DNA from: Chrysomallon squamiferum | Taxonomy: Eukaryota; Animalia; Mollusca | Reading direction: 5' to 3' | Length of the DNA stretch: 64,000 nt | Assembly: GCA_012295275.1 (NCBI GenBank) | Contig: CM022670.1 | Location: forward strand, 24,986,001-25,050,000 | In this document: one piece after another, positions 61,093-64,000 of the stretch | Layout: the number at the start of each line of letters is the position of its first letter | Numbering within the stretch: position 1 is the first letter of the stretch | The notes under the pieces: model-generated | Database searches by the model: none | Seen by the model: only the letters and a program-made list of their open reading frames with translations | Told to the model about the DNA's origin: nothing | Made by a program: the position numbers and the translations under genes

Positions 61093-63872
61093 CATGCACA
61101 GACACATAGTAACACACACACACTCACATAGATATCTGTATCTATCTAACTATATCTATCTTTCTTTGATTATATATATAAAAATAAAAAAAAATAACTA
61201 GTTAACTATGCATCATATTAAATTTAAAAAAACCCTAGTTTTTATTAAATTTCAGTTTAAGTAAGAATACATCAAATATACTGTACACACAGATACAGCT
61301 GTATAATATGACATTCTAGAACAACTGTGAAATCTTCTCTGACCTGCTGTAAGAAAGCAATCATCTGGCAGGTTCCCCACTTGTCAGGTTTTGGCAGGTT
61401 GATGTCTTTGAGGTACAGGACAAGTCGTTCACAGTCTTTGGGTCTGTACACTCGTCCAGTGTTGGTGTTGATCACCATGCAGGACTGGTTCAGCTTCTGT
61501 AACAGGTGGCTGGGGTTGGTCTGGGCACTGCAGTGCACCACAGCCACATTGGTGGAGCGCAGATTCTCAAAGCTGTGATGCAGAAGCAACCTGAAAAAAA
61601 TATCCATAAATAAATAAAATAAAAAATAAATCCATTAAAGAAACAAAATGAACAGCTCAAATTAACTAATTTTGTAGCTAAAAGAAATTTATTAAAAGAA
61701 ACAGAAATCTTTTTCTTTTTTTTGATAGGATGATTTTTTTGTACAGGAAAGCATATTCAAACAATTATCAATCTGAAAAGTCACTTTTATAACTGACAGT
61801 GTAATCATTCTGGGTTTATTTCCTTTCATATTTGTACTATTTTTAATACTGAATAATTAAAATCTCAGTTGAAATCATGATTTTTAATGCAGAAAAAACA
61901 GATTCAAACAACTACTGTCCAAAAATTCATAACCAATTCAAAGTCACTTTTATAACTAAATTATTCTGGGTTTATTTCATTTTTCACATTTCACTATTTT
62001 TAATTACTGAAGAAATCAAATCTCAGTTTTACTGTACCCTTTGCCACAGCCTTCTGGTCCAACCAGTATAAATGGCTGCTTGTTATCTGCTTGTAGCCAG
62101 GGAGTGAAGTAGTCCAGACTTCTCTGTATGGCTCGAGTCTGGATAACAGGTAAAGATGATGATGACATGAAACTCTCCACAGTGGGAATTTCTGGAACCT
62201 ACAAACAAAAAGTAATAAGGAAACAGATGTTTTAAAGTTATTATGTTTGAAATTATTTTAATAACTATAACTGAAGATAAAACAACAACAACAACAACAA
62301 CAACAAAATCCCCTATCAAGAAATTTGTAACAAAACAATATCTAATAAATATAATAACAGAAAATCAGAAAATTCACCTACATTAATTAGTGAAAACAAA
62401 TTTACATGAATATTCAAATAAAGCCACTGATTTGAAAAAGAAATTTATTACATTTTTATTATTTCAAACAATCAAATCTTAAGTAAGTCTTACACAGCTT
62501 TACTGGAATTTTTTTTGGAAATAATGAATAGTCTCCTGGTTAACTGAAGTTTGGTCTCAGCTTAGACATTAAATGAACTTATTATTATTTTTTATTATTA
62601 TTATTATTATTATTTCAACATAAATCTATCTTTGTTCCCTGAATTAAAAATAAAAATTCAATGCAATAAATAACCAAAACTAAAGCAAAAAAAACAAAAC
62701 AATAAAAAAAACAAAAAGTAATATGATAAAAATATATATAAAATACAATAAAATAAAAAGTAATAAAAATGAAACAAAAACAGAAGATAATAAAAAACAG
62801 CTTGAAAAAAAAAAATCATAAAACCCCACCCAAAAAATCCAGTCCTTACTAAACATGAATAACAAGTAACAATTCCAAATTACAGAACAAACAAATCTTG
62901 AAATATATTTTCTAAAAAGCATACCCCATTAATATATGCCAAAACCTGAAATGAACCATAATAATAATACTAATAAACTGATAAATCTCCTCAATAAAAA
63001 AAAAATAACAATAATAAAAAAAACATACTCATTCTATAAACTTTAGTCATCATACCAATAAAAAAAGCAAAAGAAAACAAAAGAAAAATAAGAATTATTT
63101 TTAAAATTATATCAAATATATTTTTTATGTAAATAAAACAATTAGTTTATTAAACAAAACAATTATTATCGGATGTCTAACGTAATTATGCTTCTAGCAA
63201 GATTCAGAATAGTTGAAATTCAGAAAGTGTTTAGTGATTTCAAATGGCTTACCTCCATGCTGTAAGTCTGTAAACGGTCCAAGTCTGTGTCATAGTATGT
63301 GTCCAGTGGTCGACGTGAATCAGATGGCAGTTCATTAGTCCAGGAAAACACCTCAAATAACAAATAAGAAAAATATAAGCATCTAAGAATATAAACAAGC
63401 TTGTTTTTAAGTGCAATATAAAATAAATAACTATGCCTGCATAACAAAACAACAACAAATACATTTAGAATTGTTTTAATAAATATTATTATTTAATCCT
63501 CTACATTTCAGTTTGATTAAAAAGAAAAAGAAAATAGTAGAAATGTAGAGAGTTGTAATATATATCTCATTCAGAAATATATATACACATACAAACACAC
63601 ATTTAAATAACAATTTATAAATTAGGCTCAGATATTACTTGTTCTGTTTTTTTTCTTTTTTAAGAATGGACTGGCTAATAAAAATACATATCACAAGTAT
63701 ATAAAAATTAATTTACCTCCTTTGCAAACACTTCTCTTGTTCCTTCTCTCAGATTTGCTCCTAGACCATGTATGAGGCAGACAGCAAAATGTGCTTTGCT
63801 CTTCACATTGTGAAGATGTGACAAACCATTCAGTACCACACCAACCAGACTGGTCTCAATAACAAAGTCATT
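39335..63872 (-). CDS. DYNC2H1: Cytoplasmic dynein 2 heavy chain 1 (IFT dynein), 3' portion, 38 constitutive exons; gene continues beyond the window end
   Basis: AAA3 P-loop [30 protein letters not shown]4 [74 protein letters not shown]-terminus [10 protein letters not shown]. Splice phases are consistent except for one extra base at about 58107. Confidence 0.98.
39871..40072 (-). CDS. DYNC2H1: DYNC2H1 exon
   Basis: [11 protein letters not shown]...[11 protein letters not shown]...AWIPK; AG/GT boundaries. Confidence 0.95.
40386..40585 (-). CDS. DYNC2H1: DYNC2H1 exon
   Basis: [15 protein letters not shown]...[20 protein letters not shown]. Confidence 0.95.
40940..41155 (-). CDS. DYNC2H1: DYNC2H1 exon
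   Basis: GSQLIQ...[19 protein letters not shown]...LLNQE. Confidence 0.95.
41577..41798 (-). CDS. DYNC2H1: DYNC2H1 exon
   Basis: DFIDAI...[10 protein letters not shown]...[11 protein letters not shown]. Confidence 0.95.
41969..42162 (-). CDS. DYNC2H1: DYNC2H1 exon
   Basis: [26 protein letters not shown]...; phase 1 in, phase 0 out. Confidence 0.95.
42577..42658 (-). CDS. DYNC2H1: DYNC2H1 exon
   Basis: [16 protein letters not shown]... Confidence 0.95.
43075..43230 (-). CDS. DYNC2H1: DYNC2H1 exon
   Basis: [16 protein letters not shown]...[17 protein letters not shown]. Confidence 0.95.
43557..43667 (-). CDS. DYNC2H1: DYNC2H1 exon
   Basis: [37 protein letters not shown]. Confidence 0.95.
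44022..44147 (-). CDS. DYNC2H1: DYNC2H1 exon (AAA6)
   Basis: VAMGQGQAD...[21 protein letters not shown]. Confidence 0.95.
44617..44777 (-). CDS. DYNC2H1: DYNC2H1 exon (AAA6)
   Basis: LKELSPP...[17 protein letters not shown]...YHQ. Confidence 0.95.
45377..45581 (-). CDS. DYNC2H1: DYNC2H1 exon
   Basis: ANFPSLYQ...[19 protein letters not shown]. Confidence 0.95.
45930..46034 (-). CDS. DYNC2H1: DYNC2H1 exon
   Basis: EWDAFSG...[15 protein letters not shown]. Confidence 0.93.
46407..46562 (-). CDS. DYNC2H1: DYNC2H1 exon
   Basis: DGSGTETRI...[22 protein letters not shown]...FKEN. Confidence 0.95.
46891..47034 (-). CDS. DYNC2H1: DYNC2H1 exon
   Basis: [13 protein letters not shown]...[21 protein letters not shown]. 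Confidence 0.95.
47410..47544 (-). CDS. DYNC2H1: DYNC2H1 exon (buttress region)
   Basis: [26 protein letters not shown]...SLDQ. Confidence 0.95.
47901..48020 (-). CDS. DYNC2H1: DYNC2H1 exon (buttress region)
   Basis: [14 protein letters not shown]...[13 protein letters not shown]. Confidence 0.95.
48361..48524 (-). CDS. DYNC2H1: DYNC2H1 exon (AAA5)
   Basis: [19 protein letters not shown]...[13 protein letters not shown]. Confidence 0.95.
49022..49145 (-). CDS. DYNC2H1: DYNC2H1 exon (AAA5)
   Basis: [35 protein letters not shown]. Confidence 0.95.
49485..49583 (-). CDS. DYNC2H1: DYNC2H1 exon (AAA5)
   Basis: [33 protein letters not shown]. Confidence 0.95.
51420..51440 (-). CDS. DYNC2H1: Candidate alternatively spliced 21-nt DYNC2H1 microexon (INNIRVG)
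   Basis: tttgcatcctag|ATC AAT AAC ATA CGA GTT GGG|gtaaga; phase 0/0, no stop, TGC 8-10 nt upstream of the exon. Confidence 0.65.
52511..52528 (-). CDS. DYNC2H1: Candidate alternatively spliced 18-nt DYNC2H1 microexon (GYPYSK)
   Basis: ttgtttgatttacag|GGA TAT CCT TAC TCA AAG|gtaaac; phase 0/0, no stop. Confidence 0.45.
52819..53070 (-). CDS. DYNC2H1: DYNC2H1 exon
   Basis: VGELT...[36 protein letters not shown]. Confidence 0.95.
53634..53847 (-). CDS. DYNC2H1: DYNC2H1 exon (stalk CC2)
   Basis: [12 protein letters not shown]...[12 protein letters not shown]. Confidence 0.95.
54030..54151 (-). CDS. DYNC2H1: DYNC2H1 exon (MTBD/CC2)
   Basis: [33 protein letters not shown]. Confidence 0.95.
54316..54439 (-). 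CDS. DYNC2H1: DYNC2H1 exon (MTBD)
   Basis: [19 protein letters not shown]...SFEPK. Confidence 0.95.
54754..55028 (-). CDS. DYNC2H1: DYNC2H1 exon (stalk CC1/MTBD)
   Basis: DATDQRNEM...[37 protein letters not shown]. Confidence 0.96.
55365..55502 (-). CDS. DYNC2H1: DYNC2H1 exon (stalk CC1)
   Basis: [16 protein letters not shown]...ITVSMQ. Confidence 0.95.
56166..56402 (-). CDS. DYNC2H1: DYNC2H1 exon
   Basis: VPHMLL...[13 protein letters not shown]...RQNHLQ. Confidence 0.94.
56752..56894 (-). CDS. DYNC2H1: DYNC2H1 exon (AAA4)
   Basis: [12 protein letters not shown]...NCESNPA...WSRESMVR. Confidence 0.95.
57110..57332 (-). CDS. DYNC2H1: DYNC2H1 exon (AAA4)
   Basis: VMQLAGVEG...LLLEDHQ...[18 protein letters not shown]. 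Confidence 0.95.
57987..58220 (-). CDS. DYNC2H1: DYNC2H1 exon (AAA4 P-loop), with an apparent +1 frameshift at 58107-58108
   Basis: [11 protein letters not shown]...[10 protein letters not shown] in one frame, SGVGRRT...[13 protein letters not shown] in the next; exon is 1 nt too long for its splice phases. Confidence 0.93.
58656..58805 (-). CDS. DYNC2H1: DYNC2H1 exon
   Basis: TYFVTWGA...[12 protein letters not shown]...GIKIY. Confidence 0.94.
59156..59426 (-). CDS. DYNC2H1: DYNC2H1 exon
   Basis: [24 protein letters not shown]...[14 protein letters not shown]. Confidence 0.95.
59746..59890 (-). CDS. DYNC2H1: DYNC2H1 exon
   Basis: [15 protein letters not shown]...[11 protein letters not shown]. 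Confidence 0.95.
60459..60728. repeat. Intronic minisatellite, period 83 nt, about 3 near-identical copies
   Basis: atttgttaaatttacacaagagaatgttggaagaggactaggaaaa at 60507, 60590 and 60673. Confidence 0.95.
60745..60896 (-). CDS. DYNC2H1: DYNC2H1 exon (AAA3)
   Basis: [26 protein letters not shown]...[14 protein letters not shown]. Confidence 0.95.
61031..61089. repeat. (CA)n microsatellite
   Basis: Seen directly. Confidence 0.97.
61344..61590 (-). CDS. DYNC2H1: DYNC2H1 exon (AAA3)
   Basis: VHCSAQT...[29 protein letters not shown]...FLQQ. Confidence 0.96.
61755..62030. repeat. Diverged intronic tandem duplication, period about 163 nt
   Basis: aagtcacttttataact...ttctgggtttattt...actatttttaat...aaatctcagtt at 61778 and 61941. 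Confidence 0.8.
62038..62198 (-). CDS. DYNC2H1: DYNC2H1 exon (AAA3 Walker A)
   Basis: LPVIQT...LDYFTPWL...[14 protein letters not shown]. Confidence 0.95.
63253..63351 (-). CDS. DYNC2H1: DYNC2H1 exon
   Basis: tttgag|[21 protein letters not shown]...YSME|gtaagc (uncommon GAG acceptor). Confidence 0.92.
63717..63872 (-). CDS. DYNC2H1: DYNC2H1 exon
   Basis: [20 protein letters not shown]...GLGANL...FAKE. Confidence 0.94.
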
Positions 63873-64000
63873 CTGAAATAAATTATACAGGGATGTCAGT
63901 TAGATTAAAAATAATAATAATATTAATAAAATAAAATAAATAAAAAATAAAAATAAATATATGAATAAAGATTAAAAAAATATAAACAAAAGATATAAAA

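Noticed and set aside
39335-63872. DYNC2H1 as a pseudogene
   Set aside because: Only one lesion in 38 exons, with intact splice sites and motifs; the lesion looks like a consensus error.

Overview
AT-rich, microsatellite-dense animal genomic DNA, probably a mollusc or other lophotrochozoan (inference from composition and protein similarity). It is not prokaryotic, so most ORF-track entries are simple-repeat artefacts or single exons. Two spliced minus-strand genes can be rebuilt with consistent splice phases. (1) A complete Cys-loop GABA-A-like receptor subunit of the GRD/CG8916 type (9 coding exons, 23495->3963, 449 aa) with an ADR rather than PAR M2 motif, a GC-AG intron and a NAGNAG acceptor. 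(2) The 3' part of DYNC2H1 (38 constitutive exons, 63872->39335, from upstream of the AAA3 P-loop to the C-terminus). The best leads are in DYNC2H1's unusually long intron (49584-52818): a 21-nt frame-preserving microexon with a UGC enhancer and a second 18-nt candidate, at the position where I recall a 7-aa alternative exon in human DYNC2H1. Also noted: a 1-nt frameshift in the AAA4 P-loop (probably an assembly artefact), an unannotated plus-strand spliced unit at about 33.6 kb with a BNIP3-like LIR peptide, and a sharp CpG-content boundary at about 33.8 kb. Family assignments and human comparisons are from memory, not database searches.
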